Positions 15,486-24,232 of a stretch of 31,958 bases of DNA are shown piece by piece (within the stretch, counting starts at the first letter, position 1; each line of letters opens with the position of its first letter). The DNA lies in the IMG/VR virus record IMGVR_UViG_3300012943_000023, positions 1 through 31,958 of that record; one strand, 5' to 3'. A program made the translations under genes and the position numbers. The stretch comes from a virus (taxonomy: Duplodnaviria; Caudoviricetes). The notes under the pieces were generated by a model. It saw only the letters and a list, made by a program, of their open reading frames with translations. It was not told where the DNA came from and made no database searches.

Positions 15486-15758
15486 ATGAAGTCTCTCGAA
15501 CTCGCTGGTATTCTGGCCAACACTGAAGGTCGCATCTTCACGGCTACCTTCGTCAAGAGGACGACAGGTGAAGTTCGCACCATGACCTGCCGCACCGGTG
15601 TCAAGAAGCACAAGTCTGGTGCTGGGCTGGCGTTCAACCCTATCAAGAAGAATTTGTTGCCCGTCTGGGACATTGATGCGGACGGGTATCGCTTCATCAG
15701 CGTCGATGCGCTGCTGTCTGCTGTGGTGGATGGCAAGGAATACAAGGTGGCAGCATGA
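15486..15758 (+). CDS. Sm/SH3-like (DUF2693/WYL_2-type) phage protein
   Basis: IFTATFVKRTTGEVRTMTCRTGV...VWDIDADGYRFIS pattern. Confidence 0.7.
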   Translation: MKSLELAGILANTEGRIFTATFVKRTTGEVRTMTCRTGVKKHKSGAGLAFNPIKKNLLPVWDIDADGYRFISVDALLSAVVDGKEYKVAA

Positions 15759-15779
15759 TGCGCACCCCACTGAATGTCT

Positions 15780-16184
15780 TCAGCGGCCTCGTCTTTTTGC
15801 TGGCTTCTTACGTGTATCGGGCATTTCGCTTACTTTTCGGTAAAGCCAAGCAGTGACGTTACCGACGAGGTAAGCTGCCGTCTCTTCTCCTGGTGCTTCT
15901 TCACCGACATGTCGGAAACACTGTTGCACTGCGTGGAATGCCTCATGGGCGCAGTGATTGATTAGGTCAGGGTCGTCCTTGCACAGGCAGATGAAGATGT
16001 CTGATGGACACGTGTCTGTATAGAAGGTCCAGGCGGCAGTCCATTCCTTTGGTTCCCACTTCAAGTCCAACTTAGGGTTCTCCTTGATAAGTTGGTCGAA
16101 GCCCTCTTTCCCTGGAACAAACAAACACCTCACATTGAATGGGTCCATCCCATACCAGTGCAACTTTAGGGGCTTCTTTTTCAT
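15780..16184 (-). CDS. HExxH metallopeptidase-like protein
   Basis: CAHEAFHAV followed by EETAAYLVG. Confidence 0.65.
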   Translation of the reverse strand: MKKKPLKLHWYGMDPFNVRCLFVPGKEGFDQLIKENPKLDLKWEPKEWTAAWTFYTDTCPSDIFICLCKDDPDLINHCAHEAFHAVQQCFRHVGEEAPGEETAAYLVGNVTAWLYRKVSEMPDTRKKPAKRRGR

Positions 16185-16696
16185 AGCGGCTTCCTTATTG
16201 TCCAGGATGGGTAGTGGCTGAACGGCGTGCCCTTCTTCTCGAAGTCAAACACCTCAACCTCAAGGTTTCTGTCATAGGCGAACTTGTTGATGTTCTGCAT
16301 CACGAGTGGCCAGCGAGGGTGATAGTCGTCACCTGCGAACAGGCCGCCAGGTGCAAGGATTGGCCACCAGTCCTCAAATGTCTTACCATCATCTTCACCA
16401 GTGTGGGCGTAGCCGTCAATGTAGATGAAGTCGGCGTAGCCGAGTGGGAACTGGTCGAGGAACTGAGAGAACGTTCCTCTTAGTATGACAGACTGTGGGA
16501 ACTTTGACAGGCGTTCTTTGGCGCCAAGATACTCATTCTCATCGTGGTGGTCATCCCACTTGTCGATGGAGATGAACTCCTTGAACTTGCCTGTCTTCAG
16601 CAGCGCCTCACTGAACTCACCCCTTGCGACACCGAGTTCGATGCCAATGGAGTTGTCAGGTAGGTCAGCTGCGATTTCCCAACGGTAGGTCTTCAC
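16181..16696 (-). CDS. Class I SAM-dependent methyltransferase (Methyltransf_24-like)
   Basis: GIELGVARGEFS, SIDKW, DFIYIDG.AH, W.ILAPGGLFAGDDY. Confidence 0.88.
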   Translation of the reverse strand: MKTYRWEIAADLPDNSIGIELGVARGEFSEALLKTGKFKEFISIDKWDDHHDENEYLGAKERLSKFPQSVILRGTFSQFLDQFPLGYADFIYIDGYAHTGEDDGKTFEDWWPILAPGGLFAGDDYHPRWPLVMQNINKFAYDRNLEVEVFDFEKKGTPFSHYPSWTIRKPL

Positions 16697-16980
16697 TTAG
16701 CCCACAGAAGTTTGGCCACCTCGAATAGGCCGACGAGGACGATGCCGGCGCCGAGGACCTTGTTCCAGATGCCGTTGAACTTCGTAATCTCGTCCCTGGA
16801 TGTCTTCATCTCCGAGAGGATTGTCTCGTTGAACTTCGTCTGCGCCTCCAGCGTGTGCTGGATGATGGCGATGTTCGTCGTCTGCGTGTTGAGAACACCC
16901 TGTAGTTCCTTGAAGTTGTGTGCATCGTCGGCGACGTGCCTCAACAGGGTGTCATTGATTGTGTCAAGTCTGTCACTCAT
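16693..16980 (-). CDS. Coiled-coil protein with C-terminal TM (lysis-associated, XhlA/holin-like)
   Basis: Heptad N-terminus plus VLGAGIVLVGLFEVAKLLW; coupled to holin. Confidence 0.55.
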   Translation of the reverse strand: MSDRLDTINDTLLRHVADDAHNFKELQGVLNTQTTNIAIIQHTLEAQTKFNETILSEMKTSRDEITKFNGIWNKVLGAGIVLVGLFEVAKLLWAK

Positions 16981-17390
16981 TTCGTTGCGCCCTTAATCTT
17001 TTCTGCCGTGCGAAGACCACCAAGACCAAGCATGCCAAGCATAACTGGGAGAACTTCACCAATGTCGAGGCGTGGTGGCGGTGGAATGTTGAAGTAGCCG
17101 GAAAGCCAGGCAAGCAATGGGACGCCGATGTAGTTGCAGACGAAGATTGCGCCACACGCCCAACCGATGAACGGGCGCCAGCCCGATACAAATAGGTTAG
17201 TAGATGCGGCCTCTACCTTGTTAATCTCCTGCTGGCCCTTAGCGAGGTCTGTTTCAGCAGTTAGTTGCGCAAGTTCTCCAGTCTGCTGGAGTTCAAGCAA
17301 CTTCAACTGCGCTTCAGCCTTTGCGGCCTTGTCAGGGATTAGCCTGTCAATCAACTTCGTGCCGAAGTTCAAAAAATCAAGGATTGCCAT
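16977..17390 (-). CDS. Holin (GTA 3TM holin family)
   Basis: IDRLIPD, EINKVEAAS..LFVSGWRPFIGW, GMLGLGGLRT.EK motifs. Confidence 0.85.
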   Translation of the reverse strand: MAILDFLNFGTKLIDRLIPDKAAKAEAQLKLLELQQTGELAQLTAETDLAKGQQEINKVEAASTNLFVSGWRPFIGWACGAIFVCNYIGVPLLAWLSGYFNIPPPPRLDIGEVLPVMLGMLGLGGLRTAEKIKGATK

Positions 17391-17422
17391 GGTATTTCTC
17401 TAATATGATGGGACTATGGTGG

Positions 17423-17430
17423 TATTTATG
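17423..17430 (-). promoter_or_regulatory. NATAAATA late-promoter-like motif (CATAAATA)
   Basis: 33 nt upstream of holin; contains upstream TAA stop. Confidence 0.7.
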
Positions 17431-19852
17431 AGGAAAGTGTGCCACTCTTCTCTTTTGGTGGGGTGAGTGTGCCAGCGACCTCGATGTCGTTAGACATCGT
17501 GCCAGCGACCTCAACTGCAGCAATGAGTTGTCCAGGAACACGTGCCTCAAGGCGGTATGAGTAGGTCTTCGTGACCTCGACGAGGCGTGCAGTGTGGTCA
17601 CCATCGAGTTGCCACTGCTTGTATGTGGCGGTGACAGTGAAACCGACTGGAAGGTTTGTAGTGAGAGTTGGGTCAAGCAACTCCTGAACCTGCGACAGCA
17701 CAGCAACACGGACTGCCTCATCAAGGCTTGGCGCAAACTCTTCCTGCGTCATGTTCAGCGTATCGATATCGACCGACACGTTGAGTTTGACGTTGTTCAG
17801 CGTCTCAAGGAATGACAGCGTGTCAGCATTTGCAGCCGTATTCGCCTTAGGCGTAAGGAACGACTGCAGTTCGCTGAGAGTTGGGACGTATGCGCTGATG
17901 CCGACGATTAGCGATGGGTCAAGCAACGACTGAACAATAGTTGCGACACCGACCTTAACATCAACGTTCAACTTAGGTCCGAACAGCGTTTGTGTGAAGT
18001 TCTTGGTGCCTGGCTTGACGTTCGTTGGGACAAGTGGTGCGTTCAGCGTCATCGTCTCATCAAGGTGTCCTGGCTTCGTGGTGAAGTTGGCCTTAGGCGT
18101 CTGAAGTGTCTGTGTCTCTGACAGGCTGCCAAGCGCAACTGCGCTGTTTGCATTAGGTGCAAATGTAGTCTGAACGTAATCAACGTGGCCAGGTGTAACT
18201 GATGTCTTCAGGTATGGAACGTATGGTGTCTCAGTGAATGAGAACGTAGGCACGTCTGCGATGATGAAGACGCCTGCAAGTGGTTCATACAGCGCCTGGA
18301 TGAACTCATACACACCAACAGATACTGCTGAGTTAGCATTTGGTGCAATAACAGTCTGTGTCAGGGTCAGCGTTGGTGAACCACTTACCAAGTTAGCAGT
18401 TGGCACCAACAACGTCATTACTTCAGACTTAACACCTGGTGCTACAGCGGTGTTCAGCAGCGGCACATAGCGGGTCTGTGTTTGTGTAAGTTTCGGCGGC
18501 TTGATTGAGAAGTTTGCTTTAGGTGTCTGCAGCGCCATCGTTTCAGACTTAACACCTGGTATAACGCTTGCATTCGCTTTAGGTACACGAGGTGTCTGCG
18601 TCTCAGTAAGCTTAGGTGAGGCAGCATCATTAGTTGTATACCAGATGCGCAGGCTGACATGGTCAATCGACCATGTTCCGCCTGCCGTGGCGGCACCAGC
18701 CCAGCCGACATACGTGTTACTGTCGAAATCCGAATAACGAAGATTTCTGTCCTTTACGTCGTTGTTATCAGTGTCGCAGCCGCCCCAAGTATCGGCCGGT
18801 CCACCGTAAATGTATGTGCGTTCTGTAGATGTGAACGATGAACCGAATGTGCCATACTGCGTTACAGCGTCAGTTGATGATTTTGATTGAACGGTGCGTG
18901 GATTGCTAAACGATGCACCGCCGACGTGAACGAAGGCATAGTCATATGAGAAGGTGCCAGACGTGATTGCGCCTTCCACCCTTACTTCAATGCCGGTGAT
19001 TAGTGCCGTTGATGGAATGCTTAGCCCGCTGAAGCCACCAACGTAGAAGTAACCAGTTTCAGCGGTGCCCGAAGTAGTGCACGTCGCGCGGCTGTTATCA
19101 CTTGCATAAAGATTACCGAGGCCAGTCCAACCAGAACCTGCCGAGTTTGCTGTTGCTGTTAGCCACCCGGTTGTCTGCGCAGCATTATTTGGGTCTGGTG
19201 CAAGCGCAAGGGTGATGAAGGCTGCTGTAGTTGACGCTGCAGACGTTACCGAACACGTTCCAGATGAACCCTGACTTTCAAGGTTTCCAGACGCAATAGC
19301 GATACCACCGCCTTGGTTTGCGGTTACGGTCTCGTCGGCGTGTTCAGTGATAGAAAGTAGATTTGAGTTGGCCCACGCAGATGTGTTTGCTGTGCTGGCG
19401 GCATCACGGTCCATGCCAATACACATCACAATCTTACAGTTGTCGATTGTCGTTGTTACTGCAGGGCAAGTCCACGACGTTGATGCAGATGACTGAACAC
19501 TACCTGCGTTCACGTGAATGGGTGTAGTCTGGTCACACCCACGCCACAAAGTTTTGATTGCTGTAGTATGGTCGCCAGAGTCCGCTACTGAGGTGGTGCT
19601 ATCTGCACCAGATGCTAACTTCCAGAAAACAGCAAGTCGCACACCACCTGCTGCTGCGGCAGTGCCAGTTGACTGTGGGGAATTTGATACTTGTGTCCAG
19701 CCACCGGATGGTGTTGCAATAGACTGGTTTGCGCTTTCAATGCACAGCAGAATGATGTCGCCGGCTTGGCACAGGGTCAAGGCCGCTACGGTTAGGGCAC
19801 CAGTGCCCGATGCCATTGCTGTCTTTTCTACAAAATACGGCTGTGCCAACAT
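17426..19852 (-). CDS. Large Ser/Thr-rich fibre/appendage protein with 20-aa repeats
   Basis: 808 aa; two N-terminal beta-rich domains then about 16 tandem 20-22 aa repeats; structural gene context. Confidence 0.7.
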   Translation of the reverse strand: MLAQPYFVEKTAMASGTGALTVAALTLCQAGDIILLCIESANQSIATPSGGWTQVSNSPQSTGTAAAAGGVRLAVFWKLASGADSTTSVADSGDHTTAIKTLWRGCDQTTPIHVNAGSVQSSASTSWTCPAVTTTIDNCKIVMCIGMDRDAASTANTSAWANSNLLSITEHADETVTANQGGGIAIASGNLESQGSSGTCSVTSAASTTAAFITLALAPDPNNAAQTTGWLTATANSAGSGWTGLGNLYASDNSRATCTTSGTAETGYFYVGGFSGLSIPSTALITGIEVRVEGAITSGTFSYDYAFVHVGGASFSNPRTVQSKSSTDAVTQYGTFGSSFTSTERTYIYGGPADTWGGCDTDNNDVKDRNLRYSDFDSNTYVGWAGAATAGGTWSIDHVSLRIWYTTNDAASPKLTETQTPRVPKANASVIPGVKSETMALQTPKANFSIKPPKLTQTQTRYVPLLNTAVAPGVKSEVMTLLVPTANLVSGSPTLTLTQTVIAPNANSAVSVGVYEFIQALYEPLAGVFIIADVPTFSFTETPYVPYLKTSVTPGHVDYVQTTFAPNANSAVALGSLSETQTLQTPKANFTTKPGHLDETMTLNAPLVPTNVKPGTKNFTQTLFGPKLNVDVKVGVATIVQSLLDPSLIVGISAYVPTLSELQSFLTPKANTAANADTLSFLETLNNVKLNVSVDIDTLNMTQEEFAPSLDEAVRVAVLSQVQELLDPTLTTNLPVGFTVTATYKQWQLDGDHTARLVEVTKTYSYRLEARVPGQLIAAVEVAGTMSNDIEVAGTLTPPKEKSGTLSS
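17645..18616 (-). repeat. Coding tandem repeat, about 60-bp/20-aa period
   Basis: Units such as PKLTETQTPRVPKANASVIP / GVKSETMALQTPKANFSIKP; exact 19-bp DNA repeat at 18422-18440 and 18542-18560. Confidence 0.8.
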
Positions 19853-19936
19853 AACGCTACTTCCTCTTCATCACACGAATAGGGTCGGGAGACATCACTG
19901 CCCCCGACCAAATCTGGTGCGGCAAGTCAGTTAGAC

Positions 19937-20410
19937 TTATGCCCAGGTGACGATGCCGGAAGCGTTGAACGAGACAGTGAAGTCGCCGTCCACGTTGCCC
20001 TTGTCGGCGCCGAAGTCGATGTAGCAGATAAGCGTGCTGGTTGCTGCTGTGCCCGTCGACTTGTAGATGACGGCGTAGCGTGCGTTCGAGAAGCCGGAAC
20101 CCGACTGACTGAAGACGTAGTCTGCAGCATCAAACGTTACAGTGCCGCCGCTTTCACTGAGGGTCGGTGAGGAAAGCGTTACACCACCAGATGAATAGTT
20201 GGTGCCAGATACCTCGTTAGATACCGAGTTGAAGGCAGCATGACCAGATGCCGACGGCGTGTATGAAGACGTGCACAGTGCCATCTTGATAGTGTCAGTG
20301 TCGAAGTCGACCACGCGCGCAGCGTTTGAAGTTGAGGAACCAGTGGTATCGGAACCGCCGTTCATCTGCGTCTTGAGGAACATGTTGTACTTGTTGATTG
20401 AAACGGCCAT
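19937..20410 (-). CDS. Virion structural protein (fibre-associated beta-sandwich, inferred)
   Basis: DFDTDTIKMAL, EVSGTNYSSGG..L, TFDAAD, ARYAVIY, LICYIDFG pattern common in phage structural modules; AAGGAG RBS. Confidence 0.7.
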   Translation of the reverse strand: MAVSINKYNMFLKTQMNGGSDTTGSSTSNAARVVDFDTDTIKMALCTSSYTPSASGHAAFNSVSNEVSGTNYSSGGVTLSSPTLSESGGTVTFDAADYVFSQSGSGFSNARYAVIYKSTGTAATSTLICYIDFGADKGNVDGDFTVSFNASGIVTWA

Positions 20411-20454
20411 TGCGATACTCCTTTAGAGTTTGTAGTAATGAAGAAGGCCCGAAC

Positions 20455-20462
20455 TATTTATC
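20455..20462 (-). promoter_or_regulatory. NATAAATA late-promoter-like motif (GATAAATA)
   Basis: 45 nt upstream of start 20410; contains upstream TAA stop. Confidence 0.65.
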
Positions 20463-20847
20463 TGGTTACTTCACGGTTAAGTGTGAAAGTGCCATAGAAC
20501 GGCTTTTGTGTTCCGTAGGTAGTCGTGACAACCTCGATGTCATAGACACCTTCGAAACTGTCAGGGTTTGCACTGTCAAACTTGATTGAGGAGGTATCAC
20601 CTGGTTCAAGGTGCAGCTTAAATTTACCCGCTGCAGCATCAACGATGACAATCTTATTGTTTGCGATGGTTCCGTTGATTACCCAGTCAGAGGCGCCGTA
20701 GGACTTACGCACCTGGAAGCGAATGATGGCATCCATGAGGTCGATGGCCGCTTCTGTGCTGCTGTCCGTCAGGGTGTAGACAATGTCTGCGGTGTTGCCC
20801 TGGTGCATTGTGATTGGGTCTTCAAGACCAAGAAGTGATGTAGACAT
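20458..20847 (-). CDS. BppU-N/LtfC-like fibre attachment (collar) protein
   Basis: ITMHQGNT, IDL.DA.IRFQVRK, DAAAGKF.L.L.P.DT, GVYDIEV, G.F.L.REVTR. Confidence 0.7.
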   Translation of the reverse strand: MSTSLLGLEDPITMHQGNTADIVYTLTDSSTEAAIDLMDAIIRFQVRKSYGASDWVINGTIANNKIVIVDAAAGKFKLHLEPGDTSSIKFDSANPDSFEGVYDIEVVTTTYGTQKPFYGTFTLNREVTR

Positions 20848-20871
20848 TGTTCTTTTCCTCTAATCCTGTAG

Positions 20872-20879
20872 TATTTATG
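20872..20879 (-). promoter_or_regulatory. NATAAATA late-promoter-like motif (CATAAATA)
   Basis: Intergenic, 25 nt upstream of start 20847. Confidence 0.7.
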
Positions 20880-20898
20880 ACGAACGCCAGCCTGTGGA

Positions 20899-22227
20899 TT
20901 ATTCCGGGATGAAGCGCACGTATGACACGAACATGTATCTGTCTGTGCCAGGGGTTGCCACACCACCGAAGTTGGCATTGTTGGTGCCCCAGTGGTTGAT
21001 GAAGATTGGTGCTGCTGCGGTTGGCTTTACAGTTGTGTGGCTTGCCACCTGCACGCCGTTCACATAGAACGTAGTCCCTGCAGCAGACCATACGAACTTG
21101 TAGTGGCTAAAGCCCGTGTAAAGACCAGGAATGGTGTAATACGAACCCTGACTTTTGTTGGTTACCAACTCAAGTGAGAACGAAAACCAACCTGTTGCCG
21201 TACCTGAATATGTGCTTGTTGTAGTGCTTGACAACGTATCACCGGTCGTTGCACCATTGGTGTCGAATATTGCAATCTCGTTTGAGTTGGTTGCGTCGTT
21301 TGCACGAAGGGTGTAGCCAGAAGTCAGGCCGGCTTCGACGTTGGTGTTTGTTGCCTTGATACCAACACCACGAATTACCCAAGGGCGCTGCCATTCTTCT
21401 GCTTCTGTCTCAGAATATGTGAGTGCTGGATATGTGATGGTCTGTGGCGAAGATGAACCACCCTGGATTACACAGGCGCCGATTGGTCCCTGCAGAGAAG
21501 CACCATAGTAGCATAGCACTGCCACCTTGCCAGCGTTCGTCCACGTGCCACTTGTTTCAGAAGACGACGCAGCAATCTTGTAGGCGATGACCATTGCACG
21601 GTTCTGTCCGCTTGTACCAGCCGCAGACGTGACGGTTGTCCAGCCGGCTGGAACCGTTGGAACTGTGTTCGATGTGTTGTTGAAGGCGATTGCAATGAGG
21701 GTGTCTTCTGCCTGGTGCGTTGGCATTGTAACAGAGGTGGTTCCCTCAGCATGGCCACGGAAGTAGATACCATCCCACTTCCAGTTCGTCATCTCGATAT
21801 TGTCCTTGCGTGCATCAAGGCCCTCCAACTCGAAGTCGATTTCTGTTTCTGAGTTCGTCTTGTAGTTGAAGAAGGCGCTGATTGTGCCTGACACGTTGTT
21901 GCCGGCGACAGTAGGGTCGCCACTGTCAGACGACATTCTACCTACGAACTCGTATGTGCCGTAGCTGTAACTTGCAAGTGTGTGGATTTCAGAACCGACA
22001 GAGGCATACACACCTCCACCGAGGTCTGACTGAGACAGCTTAAGGCGCAACATACCGTAAGACATATCAACGTTTGCTGACGACATGCTTGCTTCATTAG
22101 TCGGGCTATCACCGACAGTGCCAGTCCCAGTTGAAATGGACCAAATCGCAGGGTCGAGGTAGCCCTTGTCAAAGCGTTCTTCGAATGAACCTGGTGGCAG
22201 TGGGCGTTGCGGATTACGGCGTGCCAT
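20899..22227 (-). CDS. GH16 glycoside hydrolase-like protein with inserted domain
   Basis: YSYGTYE, GTISAFF.Y, catalytic EIDFE, FSHYKFVW...FYVNG, PIFINHW, MFVSYVRF; about 205-aa insert after the catalytic strand. Confidence 0.8.
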   Translation of the reverse strand: MARRNPQRPLPPGSFEERFDKGYLDPAIWSISTGTGTVGDSPTNEASMSSANVDMSYGMLRLKLSQSDLGGGVYASVGSEIHTLASYSYGTYEFVGRMSSDSGDPTVAGNNVSGTISAFFNYKTNSETEIDFELEGLDARKDNIEMTNWKWDGIYFRGHAEGTTSVTMPTHQAEDTLIAIAFNNTSNTVPTVPAGWTTVTSAAGTSGQNRAMVIAYKIAASSSETSGTWTNAGKVAVLCYYGASLQGPIGACVIQGGSSSPQTITYPALTYSETEAEEWQRPWVIRGVGIKATNTNVEAGLTSGYTLRANDATNSNEIAIFDTNGATTGDTLSSTTTSTYSGTATGWFSFSLELVTNKSQGSYYTIPGLYTGFSHYKFVWSAAGTTFYVNGVQVASHTTVKPTAAAPIFINHWGTNNANFGGVATPGTDRYMFVSYVRFIPE

Positions 22228-22669
22228 TTTGCACCTGTGGAAGTGCTGCTTCTGCGCTTACCTTCGGCTGTGCCTTTGGCGGTGCACCAACAGAACGGGC
22301 CTGCTTGAATGCTGCCATAGAAGCGTCCTTTGCAGCCGTATCGACGACATCGGTATCTTCACTCTTTGGCGAGACTGTGTATGTCTGGCTGTCAGGAACG
22401 ATGGTGTCGGCTGAACCACCCTTGAGAACTTCATCCACCTTTGAGAGTGAGTAGAAGCCGGCAAGGACCGACTGGTCAATCTCACCGAGTTTGACGGTCT
22501 GGTAATGGTTCCAGGCAGGCATGTAGTCGCCATCACGTGTCTCCTTATCGACATACACTGCGTAGTGCATCGTGACAAGGTCCTTTGGGACGTTGATGGT
22601 GACGTTGATGAGTTTGAAGTATTCAGCGGTTACGCCGTTGTTCAACTTTACTTTCTGAATGACTGCCAT
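22214..22669 (-). CDS. Hypothetical tail-associated protein
   Basis: 151 aa, AGGAG RBS, follows tail-tip genes. Confidence 0.6.
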   Translation of the reverse strand: MAVIQKVKLNNGVTAEYFKLINVTINVPKDLVTMHYAVYVDKETRDGDYMPAWNHYQTVKLGEIDQSVLAGFYSLSKVDEVLKGGSADTIVPDSQTYTVSPKSEDTDVVDTAAKDASMAAFKQARSVGAPPKAQPKVSAEAALPQVQNGTP

Positions 22670-22693
22670 GATACTTTCTCCTAATGGACGATG

Positions 22694-22701
22694 TATTTAT
22701 T
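22694..22701 (-). promoter_or_regulatory. NATAAATA late-promoter-like motif (AATAAATA)
   Basis: 25 nt upstream of start 22669; contains upstream TAA stop. Confidence 0.65.
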
Positions 22702-24232
22702 GTGTGACGATGAAGTCAGTGTCGATGGTGACGTCAGTAGAAACACCGTCTGAAATGACTACACGGATTGTTCCCGTGAATGTGCCACTGCCTACCTTCG
22801 TGATTGACGCAGACTGGCTTGATGTGCCACCGGAGAACGACATGCTGTCAGGGTTCGTTATCAAACTCCACGTGTAAGTGTATGTGCCTGAACCACCAGA
22901 CGGATATGCAGTAAATGTAGAGATGTTGTCATAGACTGGGTTGCTTTCGAGTGGGTCGCCAGTCATTGCGACTGGGTAGTAACCATCGAAGAAGTAGTAA
23001 CCGTCATCGTAGTAGTAATACTCCATGTAGGAACCCTGCACGGAACCGTTGAACGGGTATGACACAGCGTTGTAGAGGTCACCTGAAGCGCACATGATGA
23101 ACAGGCCAGACGTGTTCTTGTATGTGTAGATGAGGTTGCCGCCGGCAGAAGAAGCAAGCACGTCACCACCGTATGGACACATTCTCATGTCAATGCCTGT
23201 CGCAGTTCTACGAATGGCAGCGTGGAAGATGTAGTTCTCACCGACATTCTTGTCCCAGTTCCAAATAATGTCTGGTGGGCTGAAGATTGGGTTTGATACG
23301 TCGGACACGAGGTCGGTCGTGTATGAGGTAACGTTGTAGAAGTTGCCCCAGTCAGAACCAGAGTATGTGAGACCGACGTCATCTACTGCACCGGTGACGT
23401 CAAGCAAAATCTTGTTGCTGTCGAACGTTACCGCACCACCGGCGTCCTTGACAATCATGCCGTAGTCAGTGGAGGCAGTGAAGCCACCCATCTTGAAGAC
23501 ATAGACGCGTGGCATAGCACGATATGACGGCGCAGCAGAATACTTGCCGTGCCAGAAGAAGTTGAAACTGATTGTCAGCGTCGTGGTTGAGGTGTATGAC
23601 GCAGAAGGTAGTCTCCACCATTCATCTTGTGTCGTCTCAGGGATGGACCACATCAGCATGTAGTCGCCAGCAGATGGCACGGTCACCTCAATCTCATACC
23701 ACTGGATGTGCTTCTGCATCGTGCCTGTGCCGTCTGACTTGATAGCACCAGATGAACCGGTTCCAGAGATTGAACCGGAGAACGTTGACTGCAGCGAGTT
23801 GTAGTGCTGTGTGTAGGTGTCCCACGTAGTAGTGGCGCTTGTCACATACTGTGGGATTGGATACACGGCTGAAACAATGGTGTCGCCATCATCGTTCGTC
23901 GTCAAGATGCCGTAGTTCTGTTCCTGTGTGCGTGTCGTAAAGACGAGAAGCGACGTGAACGGAACGCTGTAGTATTTCGGGTCACCATTGGCCACCAGCG
24001 TCACACGGGCGTGGTCATCGTAGGTGCTGATTGTGTAGGTGTGGGTGTCCCCGCCGATTGACAAAATGCGGATGTTGTCGCCGCTTGGCACATCGACATA
24101 ATCATAGTGCGTCGTGGTGCCGGTCGTTTCTTCCTCACGGTAGATGGAACCGACATAGCAACGACCACCCTTGATTGATGCGTCAAGGGTGATGAAGTCA
24201 TCTGGGTTGCTGGACTGGATGCCGTAAGCCAT
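22697..24232 (-). CDS. Tail-tip/receptor-binding protein downstream of J
   Basis: Three YG(I/M)...(N/D)..(G/D) motifs (MAYGIQSSNPDD, NYGILTTNDDG, DYGMIVKDAGG), as in J-associated tip proteins; TAATG-coupled to J. Confidence 0.7.
   Translation of the reverse strand: MAYGIQSSNPDDFITLDASIKGGRCYVGSIYREEETTGTTTHYDYVDVPSGDNIRILSIGGDTHTYTISTYDDHARVTLVANGDPKYYSVPFTSLLVFTTRTQEQNYGILTTNDDGDTIVSAVYPIPQYVTSATTTWDTYTQHYNSLQSTFSGSISGTGSSGAIKSDGTGTMQKHIQWYEIEVTVPSAGDYMLMWSIPETTQDEWWRLPSASYTSTTTLTISFNFFWHGKYSAAPSYRAMPRVYVFKMGGFTASTDYGMIVKDAGGAVTFDSNKILLDVTGAVDDVGLTYSGSDWGNFYNVTSYTTDLVSDVSNPIFSPPDIIWNWDKNVGENYIFHAAIRRTATGIDMRMCPYGGDVLASSAGGNLIYTYKNTSGLFIMCASGDLYNAVSYPFNGSVQGSYMEYYYYDDGYYFFDGYYPVAMTGDPLESNPVYDNISTFTAYPSGGSGTYTYTWSLITNPDSMSFSGGTSSQSASITKVGSGTFTGTIRVVISDGVSTDVTIDTDFIVTQ

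Noticed and set aside
14979-15770. 263-aa minus-strand ORF
   Set aside because: Antisense to three plus-strand genes with good RBSs; no motif
19883-19909. Hairpin GGTCGGG...CCCGACC as terminator
   Set aside because: No U-tract on the coding strand; may be a stability or processing element but function is unsupported
22975-23035. Tyr-rich stretch (YMEYYYYDDGYYFFDGYY) as a DGR variable region
   Set aside because: No reverse transcriptase and no template repeat seen
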